From Lobosporangium transversale (lineage: Eukaryota): a DNA stretch of 64,000 nt. The notes under the pieces were generated by a model that was not told the origin of the DNA, made no database searches, and worked only from the letters and a program-made list of their open reading frames with translations. How positions within the stretch are numbered: the stretch's first letter is position 1; every line of letters starts with the position of its first letter. Shown piece after piece: positions 16,254 through 28,354 of the stretch. The position numbers were made by a program, and so were the translations under genes. Location of the stretch: NCBI RefSeq assembly GCF_002105155.1, contig NW_019028982.1, positions 248,001-312,000 of the forward strand, written 5' to 3'.

Positions 16254-16487
16254 GCCTGAATGTGGTAAAGCGACAAAGTAATGCCAAAGTATAATGTTAG
16301 TGTGTGGTTTCCTTCCAGGTAGGAACCAAAATTCTTAATGACAGACTTACTTGGATCTATTTCAAAAAACAATATCGTACGAATATGTTTTGTTGTTTTT
16401 ATGGCGCTTTTGAGCGAATGTTATGAGGTGGATGTAAAGAAGAAAAAGAGAAAGAAAAGGAAAAAAGGCAAAGATCTTGAATGCTTT

Positions 16488-16538
16488 ATTATTTGTTGAC
16501 TTTGTGATTTGTTGATTTAGTGATTTGTTGATTTAGTG
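16488..16538. repeat. Short tandem repeat, ~3 copies of a 16-bp unit (GTGATTTGTTGATTTA), upstream of the helicase gene
   Basis: Visible as tttgttgactttgtga tttgttgatttagtga tttgttgatttagtg. Confidence 0.7.
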
Positions 16539-16955
16539 CTGTGTTTTTTTGATCTTGCCACACCTTGGCCTGGTGCATTGATCGTTCTTTTGCATGATTT
16601 GAGACACAAATACACAGCAGCACCTGCATCATTTGTATCATGCACACACAAGGGGAGTTGGCGAAGCACATGCTTGGCGGGGGGTACAAAACACATTTTG
16701 CCACCTGATGGTGGTAATTTTCTGGTACGCAATGACTTTTTGCAATGTCTCAGAAATTCACATATCATATTTATACTATGGTGCCATTTATCACACTTTG
16801 AAAGTCGACAGGAGCTGCTTGGAAATAGAGGGATGAGATTCTACGATATATTTCCCTTCGAGCGTACTGCTCTAGTTACAGATAGAAGAAGAGCCAAGGA
16901 AATTATAATAATAATAAAAAAAAAAAAAAAAAAATGCATTGAATTTTAAAGATTT

Positions 16956-19900
16956 CTATGCAATCCATTGGTCCAACATCGCCTCCAGATCCGCCAACTT
17001 TGTTGGTTTGCTCAAATATCCATTCATGCCACTGGCAAGGCACTTCTCTTTTGTCGACGGCACAGCACTCGCTGTCAGAGCAATGATTGGGATACTAGCT
17101 GCAAACGTTGAAGACAAACCCATGCTTCTAATCTCACTGGCCGCATCGAAGCCACTCTTGACTGGCATTGCACAGTCCATCAGGATCAAGTCAATTTTAG
17201 CTTGCTTAGCTGGTACATTAGGTGATGAGTTATCTGGGAGGAGATCTGCAGCAGCAGCGACGTTGTTCATTAATTCAACTGATGGAGATGCAGATGCTTT
17301 TGTAGTCGCTGCAATTGTTTCAAGCGGGACAGTTGACTGCGAGGATGAGGCAGACGAGATCGAGGATGCGCTCGATACATTAGCTGGTATAGAAAGAGCC
17401 GAAAGAGAAGTAGATACCATGGCCTGTGAAGCAGACGTGTCCGAATTGACAGATACAGGAGCCTTGTCCGCCGCTGAGGACGCTGTAGAAATTAAAAGGA
17501 AGTTCAACAATCTTTGGTCAAATCCATGGCTCATATTCTGATCGTTCTTTGGAAATATCATTATACAACTTTCAACGCTCAAATGAAATGATAGGAGATT
17601 TGAATAAAGGCGGTGGTGCTAGATTACTCTGTAGTTCCGTCTTCTCCATCTTGCATTGACGTGAAAGTTGCTGTGGACGATGACGATAATAATGGATATT
17701 GCCATACCTCTAATTCCAGGGTGACTGCTACTGTCACTATTTTCTTCTCCTGCAGCCACGTCCAAAAGGGTGCTACTGCTGGTAGGTGAGGATGTTTGGT
17801 TAAGCATCTCAACTTGGGCCTTGATAATATCAACTGCTACTTGACCATCGCATGCAGATTGTGTATCATATCCGAGTTTCTGAAGTTGGTATTGCACAAC
17901 CTAAACGTTCAAGACCAATTGGGAAAAAAAAATTCACTAACTGCGGCTTCCAAATTTTCATAATCTGCTGGCTTCTGGAACATACCCTCAAATTAATAAT
18001 ATTATCCTCAACGCAGAGAACACATTTGCCTTTACGCTCTCTTTTGCCGGCGGCTGCACGTGCAGCTCGACTGCTGAAAGCTGGATCATTGCTCAAAGAT
18101 TTAACAGAATCATCTTTAGCCGTTCCTGGCTTTTTAACTAATGATGCCCCATTGACGTTGCTATTCCCTGCAAGGCTCTCTGCAGCAGCCTTCATACGCA
18201 GCCTTCGTTGTATTGCAAGGGCAGGTGACCGCATTGGCGGGTGATGTTGACCTGATGGCAGTATCCCATTAGCCGCCGCAGCTTCATGAACGCGAGCGGT
18301 TGGAATAGGGTGCTCGCTGTCAATATTGCCGCTGCTGCCAAGGTTGGCTGAAAGAGAGGGCCGCCTCATGGATGCGTCAACATCTCTATCACAGATCGCG
18401 GGCGCAGATTCGGGAGTGTTCTTGTTGCAGTCGTTGTCTCGCTCATAGTCACTCGACACGAGACTGACATCCTCATCTACTGAGATGATTCGGCTTTCTG
18501 GATAATTAACGGTAGGGGAAATATTTGCGTCGTTGCAGTTAATTTCCAGGCAAGAGTGATGGTCAGTTGGTTGTTCAGGAAGTTCGTGAGGCGGGTTTTG
18601 AGTCAAAGCTGATTGCTTATCCTGTATGGTCCCTGTGTTGAAGGCATCAGGGCTTGGATTTGTTATGTCTCGGATGTACGGTGCATGTGAGCCCAACATC
18701 TGTAGGCACTCGACTACTCTATCAGCTTTGACAGGTTTAACAATGTACCGACATTGAATTGTCTGCTCCAGACCTCCTGCACAAATACGCTTCATCATGT
18801 CCTTGGCCAGATATCGTCCTTGGGGGGATGAGAATACAATCAAAACAATAGAGAGCACCAAGTCCTTGTAGCGTCCACCCAACTGTGCTTCTGCCTTAGC
18901 TGTGTCATTTCTCTGCTTGAATAGCAACCCAAGTTGTCTAGCTGTCTCAATCGTAGCCTCGGCATTAGCAGGTCGTGTACAAAAGAAAAAATGTGCATTA
19001 GGTCGATAATTCGGAGCTAAAATGACTCCATCCGATCCAAGCAGATCCCTTGGGCGCTCCCGCTCATCCTGCACAACATGATCATAGCTCTCATACAGCT
19101 TCACTTGAACGTTTTGTTGATTCAGGATAGTACCTAATAGGTGTCGTGACTCAGGGACTGACTCCACAACGACAACACGTGTCTCAGATGCGATCTCAGG
19201 CGCCAGCATGAGACGAACAGATGGTCCGCGCTGTAGATAAGGTGTCTTAGCAGTAGCTGTAGAGGATGGAGAGTTAACGATGAGGATTGGCCAAGTAAAG
19301 TAGAAAGTCGATCCTTGCCCAACATTTGAGGTTACTCCGAGAATACCGCCGTTCATCATGACCAAATGTTTACTGATAGCAAGACCTATGACATGGTAGT
19401 AATAAGAATTGATCATGTTTAGTCTAAACCTACTACAACAGTTTCTCACGCAAAAATAATTCATTATGCTCCCAGTAGGAACATGCCTCTAAAGCCACAG
19501 CCTTGATTACACATCACCATCAATCATATGGCAGTCCATTCTTTTCATTATTTGATAAGAAGCTACAGAAGGATATTACTCTGGAGTCCAACACTTCAAA
19601 ATGAACACTTACCAAGGCCAGTGCCTCCGAAGCGTCGAGTCATGGATTGGTCGTACTGTGCAAAGCTCTTGAAGATATGGTTCTTCAAAAAGTCTGGGTC
19701 AATACCAATGCCTGTATCTTCCACCTCGAAGCGTAAGGTAGCATTTGTTACTTGTGCATCCGGCGGGAGTGGCACATTGAAAAGTTGTTGCTGATGATTT
19801 CGCTCCTGTTGAGGTTGATGATCGTCTTTTTGCCGTAGCCTTGACTGTTCTTTGGCTTGATCATCATCTTCACTGGCGTCGTCCTTGATTAGTGAGCAAC

Positions 19901-22900
19901 GAGCAAGGACCTTCCCGGCAGCAGTAAACTTGACAGCGTTACCAATCACATTCATAATTACTTGCTGTAGTCTATCTTCATCTGTCCAGATAACGTTATT
20001 GTCTTGCTGTAACAATTCTTCCAACCACTCCAAATCATCGCTTGGTTCCATGATTAAGTCTACTTCCTTCCGGCCTGCCTTGTCTGCGAAGATCCGTACA
20101 GACTGTTCTATAATCTCCAGCAGTCCAGGGCACTCCTTAATGCTAAGGCTCATTGCTCCTGCCTCAAGTTTTGCAGTGTCCAGTAGATCGTTAATTACTG
20201 ACAAAGCGACATCACTCGTGATTTGCATGATCTTGATCATATCGCGTTGTTCTCCCGTCAAGTTTCCGTCCGTGTCTTCAAGCGCACTCAGTGCACCTAC
20301 GATTGCTCCAATTGGCTATAGTGTTGTTTTACACATCAAGTATATACGTGGCAGCATATTAATTTAAGAAAATATATCATGTATGTGTTTTCTTCTTTTA
20401 TAAGGGACATGGATGTCCCTTTTGATCCATTTGTGGAATGTAAACTTACTGTACGAAGTTCGTGACTTGTATTAGCCAAAATCTGTGATTTAGCTTCGTT
20501 AGCGGCGTGAGCAGCTTCCATTTCAACCTGTTGTGACTTCTTCATTTCCCACAAGCTTGCGTGAGCAATCGCCATAGAGATTTGATTTCCTGTCTGTTCA
20601 AATAATAGCTTCTCACTCTGAGTCCAAACTACCATATCTGCATCCCGCGAAGCCAGGAGATAACCCCAAATTCTGCGGTTATAGATCAGAGCCACACTAA
20701 TGAAACTCTTTGATCCAAAGATCGGATGCTGCTGAAGTGTGACATGCCTCATCTCACTAGCCATGTCATGATCGCTTCCAATAACATGTGTTTCCTGGAC
20801 CTCTAGGCCCTTCGGGAGTAAATGATCTATAGATGTTGACATCTTGGGTTTTCCCACACGAACAACCTCAGAGACCGCTCGGATCCAATGTTGTCCTGTT
20901 TCCTGGTCCACTTTACGGAACCGACAAATACGAATAGCATTGCAACGGATCACTTTGAATAGCTCTTTAGAAGCTGTATCCAAAATTTGAGGAAGCGAAA
21001 GGCCGCTCCTAATACGAACAGAGACTGAATATATTAGCTGTTTCATCTCAAGAGCATGGCGCTGCTCGCGGATCAACTCATGCCGAAGATCGGAGAGGCG
21101 GATTGTCGACCGTACGCGTGCCAATAATTCCCGAGTTGAGAAAGGCTTGACTAAGCAGTCATCCGCACCAAGATCCAAACCCTCAACGTTTGCTTCTTCA
21201 CCTGCACGTGCGGACAGTAGGATGAAGGGTGTCAACATTGTTGCACTATCACTACGGAGTCGTTTTAGTAATTCGTATCCATTCATGTTTGGCATCGCAA
21301 CATCTAGACCACAAAAGGATAGCATTAGTGCCAATATACTGCGAGCTATGCACTTTTTATACACGAGATAAAAACAGAAACGAGAATTAAAAGAAGAAAA
21401 GAAAATACCACTCAATACAAGATCAATTCGTTTGCCTTGCTGCAGTCTCTCAGAGATGAGTCGGATCGCGTCCAGACCGTCCACAGCACAACGGACCCTG
21501 AATTCTTTACCCAAAATCTCGCGTAGATATGACCGCATGTCATTGTTATCGTCTACAATGATGATATATCCTCTTCTGGAGCGAACTTTTGGCAACATGC
21601 ACATGTTATCTCCTGGCTCCTGCTCAAGTCTATCCATCTGGTCTTGGATCCCATATACGCTACCATCGTTGCCGCTGGCGTTGATTTGAGGATTTGCTTC
21701 ACTATCATCCTTACTCAGGATCTCTGTTACAGGGGCCTTAGGATTTTGAGCGGAAAAGGATGACTGACGAGGCGCAATTTGAGTGCTAATCTTGGTCAAC
21801 GTATTCTCTGGTACTGTTACATCTCCGCATACTGGAGAGTCGATGAGTATCTTTGTCAATTCTGTTTCTTCCATGTTCAAGGTCGATACTTCATATTCGG
21901 TGTTGATCTCTATGGAATCCTGTCGGTCGCGCATGTAGTCGGCTCCAGTATGGACCATGTCGTCGTCGTCATCTTCGGGTTTCTCCTCTTCGGTTGAGTC
22001 TGTTCCAGAGGTTGTTAGTGTAGATCCGGGAAGAGCCTTGTAAGCGATCCATTGAGTCGCTTCCTCGATATACATGGAGGAATCAGTCTTATTGTTTATA
22101 GCTCCATCCTTGGCTAGCTTCGGTGGGTCCTCAATTTCCATAGAGTCCCCTAATTTGACTTGAGAGCAAGGGTGGTGTTCTCTTCCGGCAGGGATCCACA
22201 GGTGGAAACATGACCCTTTTTCCAGTTCAGACGTGACCGATACTGCCCCTCCATGAACTTCTGCTAACTCCTTTACCAAGGAAAGGCCAATGCCGGTGCC
22301 TTCATGTGAACGTGATTGCTTGTTCTCGATTCGGTTGAATCGGTCAAAAAGCGTGGGTAAGTATTCGGCTGCAATACCAACGCCTGTATCTATTACATCC
22401 ACAGCAACTCCATTACGGCCATTTTTGTCTTTGCACGGGTACTGATGTACAGTGACAGAGCCTTCCCACGTATGCTTGAATGCATTTCCGATTAGATTGA
22501 GGAGAACACCACTCCACATAGCCTGATCTACCCAAAAGCCTCCCGGAATATCATCCAAGCTCTCGCAATTGATGTTATACTGTAGCCCGAAGCCACGGGC
22601 TACACTCTCAAAATTTGCTGATACTTCACGTGTAGCTTTAGTAAGATCCGTCTCTTCAAAAATAGCGTGACCTTTTCCTGCTTCAATTCTGGAGAACTGA
22701 AGTAGCATGTTGACCAGCTTGAGTAGTCGTCTTGAATTCCTCCGTACCATTTCTAGGTTTTGGCGTATTGATGTGTTCTCTGCTGTCTGCCCCAACGCAT
22801 CGTCTAATGGTCCAAGCATCAATGTCAGTGGGGCTATGTGTGTTGAGGAAAGATAGAGGAGAAGAAGAGTTAGCATTAAAGTAAGATTTTGGTCAATTTT

Positions 22901-25900
22901 TACGCGCCACATGTCTTTCGCTATATGGACGTATAAAAAACGTTATATGAAAAATAGCATTTGGAGTATACTTCGTAGTTCATGGGAGATATTCTGGAAG
23001 AACGAGATCTTAGCTTTGTTTAACTCAAATAATGCTTGTGCGCTCTTTCGCTCTTCCTCGCGTGCTCGCGCAAAATGCAACAGTGATGCAATATTTGCCA
23101 CCAAAAGCGCCAAAAAGTCCAGGTATTGATCATCCAGCATCTGAAAAGGGTTGATACCGACGATTAATATAGTCGTGATCCTTGACTCCAGTACAGAAGG
23201 GTTCTCCAGAATTGGTAACAGTAACGCTCTCGCAAGATTGTGAGTGGACTTTGGTAAAGTCACTAATCGAGGAATACCATCGGCTAAGACGGAACGGACT
23301 GGCCATGTCCATGGATCATCATATATTGGATCCGAAGGATCGAGAGGCTCGTATTCTTCAGGTGTGATGAGAAGCGAATCCGGGATATGTCTTGTCGAGG
23401 TGGCTTTTGAGAAGGTCCTTTCGGTCGTGCCACTATAACTCGCCGCCTCTAAATTTCGATCAAATGATGTGCTACACAGGGTCGCCATCTGTGGCACTCT
23501 CCGTGCTTCTTTTTTACCTGGAGAAATACCAGTAAAAAAATGTGAGCGGATCAATCTAACTTTGGTTCTAACAGCTGCACTAATCTTACTATCGCTACTA
23601 CCCAAAGCAAAGTCCAAACCCTCCTGATCCAGCTCTCCTGAGAATAAAGGTATACCTGCATGGGTTCCTAACGAAAGGAAGTCTTCGTGCTTTGATGGAT
23701 TTCCTCCAGTTGCACTTTCAAGAGCTGAAAATGTAGCTCCTGAAATGGCATTAGCGGGAGATGCGGTTGAAGGTGAATTGCAAGTCGCTTTGGAAGGATT
23801 TGACGAAAATGTTCCATGAGAAAGTTGTGGCTCTTTTAGTATCTCTTCGGTCTTGTACACGATTGAAAATGGGGTATCGGGATTATTGGATTCACGGAGT
23901 ATGGATGTGATCATCGAGTAGGCACCAGTAATGGACTGAATAAGGGGTGCTTGTTTGCTAAACTGATTCAATGTTGATAGTCGGCGCTGATTGAGTATAG
24001 ACTGTGTGACTTCCTGGACTAGAGCCAGAACTCCTCCTACAGAGCCGTCCTGCATGAAGATTGGTGAAAAGGTGAAGTCGAAATAGCATTCTTCTTCATA
24101 CCCCTCACTGAAGTGGAACAAGTATTAATACATACAGAATGTTAGGAGAAATGATGAAGAGACATTGATAAAAAAAAGAAGATATTCAAGTGAGGTAGGC
24201 GGAAGGCTATATATCAATACTGTTGTTTTTGTTTTTGTTTTGTTTTGTTACCGATTAAGATCAAGACGAAGCGCTTTATTATTAGTGCTACCGCGACGTT
24301 CTTTATGGACCTGAGTCATCAGGGGTGCTATTATGTCCCAAATCTCGCTCCAGACTGCTATTCCGGGCGCACCCAAGGCTTTATAATCAAGTGCAGAAAT
24401 ATGTTTAGTTAAGGTCATTCATTCCCAAATATCAAACGCAGATTTCTCATGTGCAAACGCGAATAACGAAGCAATCATCAATACGGCTATATGCTGCAAG
24501 CCAAAAAAAAAAAAAAAAAAAAAAAAAGATACAAAACCGTTGTTTGAGCGCTTACCAAGGGGATGCTTCTGTTTCAATATCGGCCGCCAGGGCTATTTTG
24601 ATCCAAGAGAGCAAGAGGGTAATAGAGAACAAACAATAAAAAAAAAAGAAGAAGAAAAAATAAGCATTAATACAAATAAGCATAGCTAATTTAAACATGA
24701 CGCGCCAGGGTCAAAAGCGCAAAAGTCTGTCTTGCCACGGATGGACTGTATGAAAAAGACAAAAAAGAAGATGATCGAATTGATTTGACTCGCAACAAAA
24801 TTTCTGGCTCTCAATGCTTTTTTTTTTGTCCGCTCATTTCAACTGCGATCAACCTCCAATATCTACCCAGACCATCATACTGAAAAGTGCAGAAGGATAG
24901 AGAGATTCGACAAATTTTTGTGAATCAAAAAAAAGGTGAGGACTCGACTTTTTTAAGTCATCATTCAGTCAAAGCGCATAAATATTAATAGGGAAAGATT
25001 GATAACAACAATCCAAAGGTACACAAATAACGCGCCAGTATGATATGTATTTGTAACTTGTTTATACACATTTGATCATTCCACTTCTTTTTGAGCAAGA
25101 GAACAAGAGAAACGAGAGCAATTTCTTTTCCTATTTTGTCTAATGTTTTCGCCTCTCTCCTTGACTTTTTGTCAGTTTGCAACACCAAATAAATTCATTC
25201 CTCAATTTTAAACTTTTTTTCGACTGATCCTCGGGAATGCCATCATACCCAACTCACTCAATTTTTTATGCTCTTCAACAGACATTTTTCTTTGTTCGGC
25301 TTTGCATTCCTTCTCGCCAAAGCACGCACATGCTCACACACCCAGACCAAAAAAAAAAAAAAAAAAAAAAAGATGCGCATTGTGCATTGATTGATCTGTC
25401 ACCCCTTGAGGAGACGCTCATGTGTATCAAAGGAAAAAAAAAAAGGGGGGGGAGGGGGGAGGGGGAGGGAAATGTCTCATCCAAAAACGAACAAACAGTC
25501 GTTAAACCAAGATCATGGTCACCCTTGTTTTCCCCACAATCAATTCTCGCATGATAGGAGTTACTGCGCCGACAATACATTGGTCACCGCTTCAAGGAAG
25601 CAATGCGCTTCAACTTTCAACCAGACCAATTAGAGGGATTTTGTTGATAACTAAATAAAAACTTACATCGTTGTATAAAAACTGACGACTTTCTCCCCAG
25701 TAAATTGCCAGAGGTAATGAAGATTGCAATACGAGTTGGAGCATTGCTGTCAGTTCTGTAGGCCATGATGGTCGGGGTCCTAGTTCTGTCAGACTCCAAT
25801 CTTTCTTGTTAACCAAAGACTCGACCGATTCTTCCATTTCGACCCTGGATTCAACTACATCTTGTAGTGGGTTCAAGTTGAGCATCGAGGATATACCCGC

Positions 25901-27448
25901 TCGTGCGTGTGGGATCGACAGCTTTGGGTTCACATTGCTGCCACTCTTTCGGTCTCCATCTAAATTGGCACTCATGGGATCGCTACCATAGCTGTCGCTG
26001 CCACTTCCATTCATGCATGACTCGTTAGTCCCATGGTCATCCATCTCGTCCTTTGTATTTCCAATAGGGCCTCTTCTATGATCGAATGGCGATGTATGGC
26101 AAATATGTCCATCTTGAGAGGCATGCTCCTTGTGTGATCCCACGTTGGACAGATGCTCACCCTTGTTATACAGCGGTGCAAAACCGAAAACAGTCGCCCT
26201 CGGCTTGTCTTTGCGCCCAATTTCTGCGACTCCATGCTGCTGATGCTCAGCCTTTTCTTTGACCTGGTTTGAATCCGGATATTGATCATGTACTACATAG
26301 TGCCCGGGTGTTTTGGTCGTGTTGGGTGAGGGCGTAAAAAAGGTTGTGGATAGTGGTGGGGATACTAAACCCGACTTCATATTAGACCATCCATTTCCAA
26401 CAGTGCTTGTTGCGTCAGTAAGCGGCTTCACTGTAGAAGGGACAGCAACATGTTCACCAATGTCTACCCTGGCTACCGTAACAGCAGGCTGAGGTAAATT
26501 TTGTTCTGCTAATGGACCAGTTGTTACAAGAGTTGGAAGAGAACCTCCATCATTATTTTTGCAATCTTTGCCATTGCTTCCAAGATTTACGCCCACAGTT
26601 GTGGTAATATTGTCTGGGGAGTTGAGGATATGTATCCTATGGTCACGAGTCGTTGGTTGCAGAAACGGATCAACTTCTTTATTCGATGGGAGCAATAAAG
26701 CTGATGTGTCTGCTATTGGAAATGTTGATGTGCTGTTGTGGATCACTGGAGGTGGGCATAGGACGGTTTTGAAGGGGACTGCGACCTGCTCTACATTGGC
26801 TGGTTGGTTGGGCGGGTTCATTGAAAGCTGGGTGACAGTGGGATTAGGAACAGATGAAGCCAGGGCATAGATGGTTGGAGCAGTGGTTGACGGGAGACAA
26901 AGGTCACAAAGGTTAGGGTGAATGATAGTTAGTTGCTGCTGTAATGAGTTATTCGTGCTGTTCTCGAGTTCATAATTGGTCTTCTCTTCTGATGGTTGCC
27001 ATACGTCTCCAGTGTGAGATTCATTAAGCTGAACGCATTCATGCTCTCTCTCCTGTTCCTTTCGGTGGGACAATTGACTCTGTACTAATGGCTGCTGTTG
27101 GAGGGCAGGCGTGTCGATGGTATTTCCTATTGGAACCGTTGCCTGCAAGTCGTTGGAGGCATCGCTATAGTCAATACTATTGCGATCATTATTACCAACA
27201 TTGTTACTCTTGCTATTACCATTATGGATGGTGCTACTGTTACTGTTACTGTTGCTGCTACTGCTACTGCTACTGCTACTACTACTGCTACTGTTATTGC
27301 TACTATTGTTGTTAGTATTGTTGCTATTATTGTTGTTGACTTCAAAGAGTTGACTTTCTTCATAGTCGGGTGCGGTAGTATAGGACTGAATGCTGTGAAT
27401 GGAAGCAGCCTCCATGTCAATGTCGAATGAGTCCGATGATGTACGCAT
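16956..27448 (-). CDS. Dual hybrid histidine kinase: low-complexity N-term, PAS/GAF-like, HisKA-HATPase-REC, GAF, HisKA-HATPase, pseudo-REC, REC
   Basis: Multi-exon, including 27448-25667, micro-exon 24592-24556, 24378-24252 and 24107 onward. H-box 1 FFQNISHELR|TPLTL, NLIGNAFK, DTGVGI, GTGIGL. REC1 VDDN...LVLS|DVAMP...KPF. H-box 2 LANTSHELR|TPIGA, NVIGNAVKFT, DTGIGI, GGTGLG|LAI. REC2 VEDN...LILMDCAMP...KP. The splice junction near 17.5-17.7 kb is uncertain. Confidence 0.92.
27180..27340. repeat. Coding microsatellite (TAC/TGC/TGT units) encoding the poly-Ser/Asn tract of the kinase N-terminus
   Basis: (tactgc)n and (tgt)n runs translate on the minus strand to NNNNSNN...SSSSSSSS. Confidence 0.85.
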
Positions 27449-28354
27449 GGCGGCTGTGAAGTAGGAGTCAAATAGGAGACGAGCCTCTTGGCCACAGTTG
27501 CTGCAGTTCTTGTGCAGCTGTTGTCGTGGAGGTGTGAGTCAGCAGGGTGGCGATTGTTATACTGGTAGTAATAGTAGAACTGATCTGGCTTGGGCTGTGG
27601 TAAGTAGGTCTCCCACGTTTGGATAGATGTGGTCTGCTGACAAGGCAGAAGAGGACTTGCGACAAGAAGGGAAAAATAAATAAATAAAAAAAAAGGTTAA
27701 GAAAGCAAGAAAGAGAGTAAGAGGGAGAAGGAAAGAGAAGGATTTTATTCAAGCTCTCCGAGGAACACAGCAATTCACACACAATGCACAAATATGTACT
27801 TGTGCAGGAAATAAGCCTAAAAGCGAATGTTATCTATCCCATGCATGTATAAAAGACCAAATATGTGAATGTGAATCAGCTAGTTGCACATTGTCTTCTA
27901 TGCTTGCGATCCAATACTCAAGATTCCAAAGTGTGATGCCATAGGCATCCTCTTTTTTTTTTTGATACGAAAGAAAGTGAGGCGGGTATGATGAACTGCT
28001 AGCTTGGATAATGAACGCATGACCGCATAGATGGCCTCTGTCGTCGTAGTGTTTCAAAGGTAGAGACGATTTAATAGTTGTCTGTTATAATTCTCATGAA
28101 ATACATACTCACTGATGTACACTCAACTATTTTATATTTTTCCAATTGGTAAAGCTTATTTTTAGAGACACACAGGAGTAACGAAACATCTTTCAGGAAC
28201 ATTCATCACGACCGCATGAACCTGGTTTATGCAGTCCATATGTCAGACTGTTTAAGTGAATGGTGGTAATATATTCAAGTGAATAAGATATAATAAGTAT
28301 AGAGATGTATAGGCGTAAGTGTACTGCAAATGTGTGAGCGTGCATACATGCGCT

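Noticed and set aside
9312..16900. Mucorales-type sex locus next to the RnhA-like helicase
   Set aside because: No HMG-box gene or triose-phosphate transporter flanks it; the neighbours are a thiolase and a histidine kinase.
16939..17541. 200-aa plus-strand ORF and similar antisense ORFs over long exons
   Set aside because: Shadow ORFs opposite well-supported genes, with no independent motifs.
27088..27495. Cys/Tyr-rich and Thr/Ala/Val-rich ORFs
   Set aside because: They are alternative-frame readings of the Ser/Asn microsatellite in the kinase gene.
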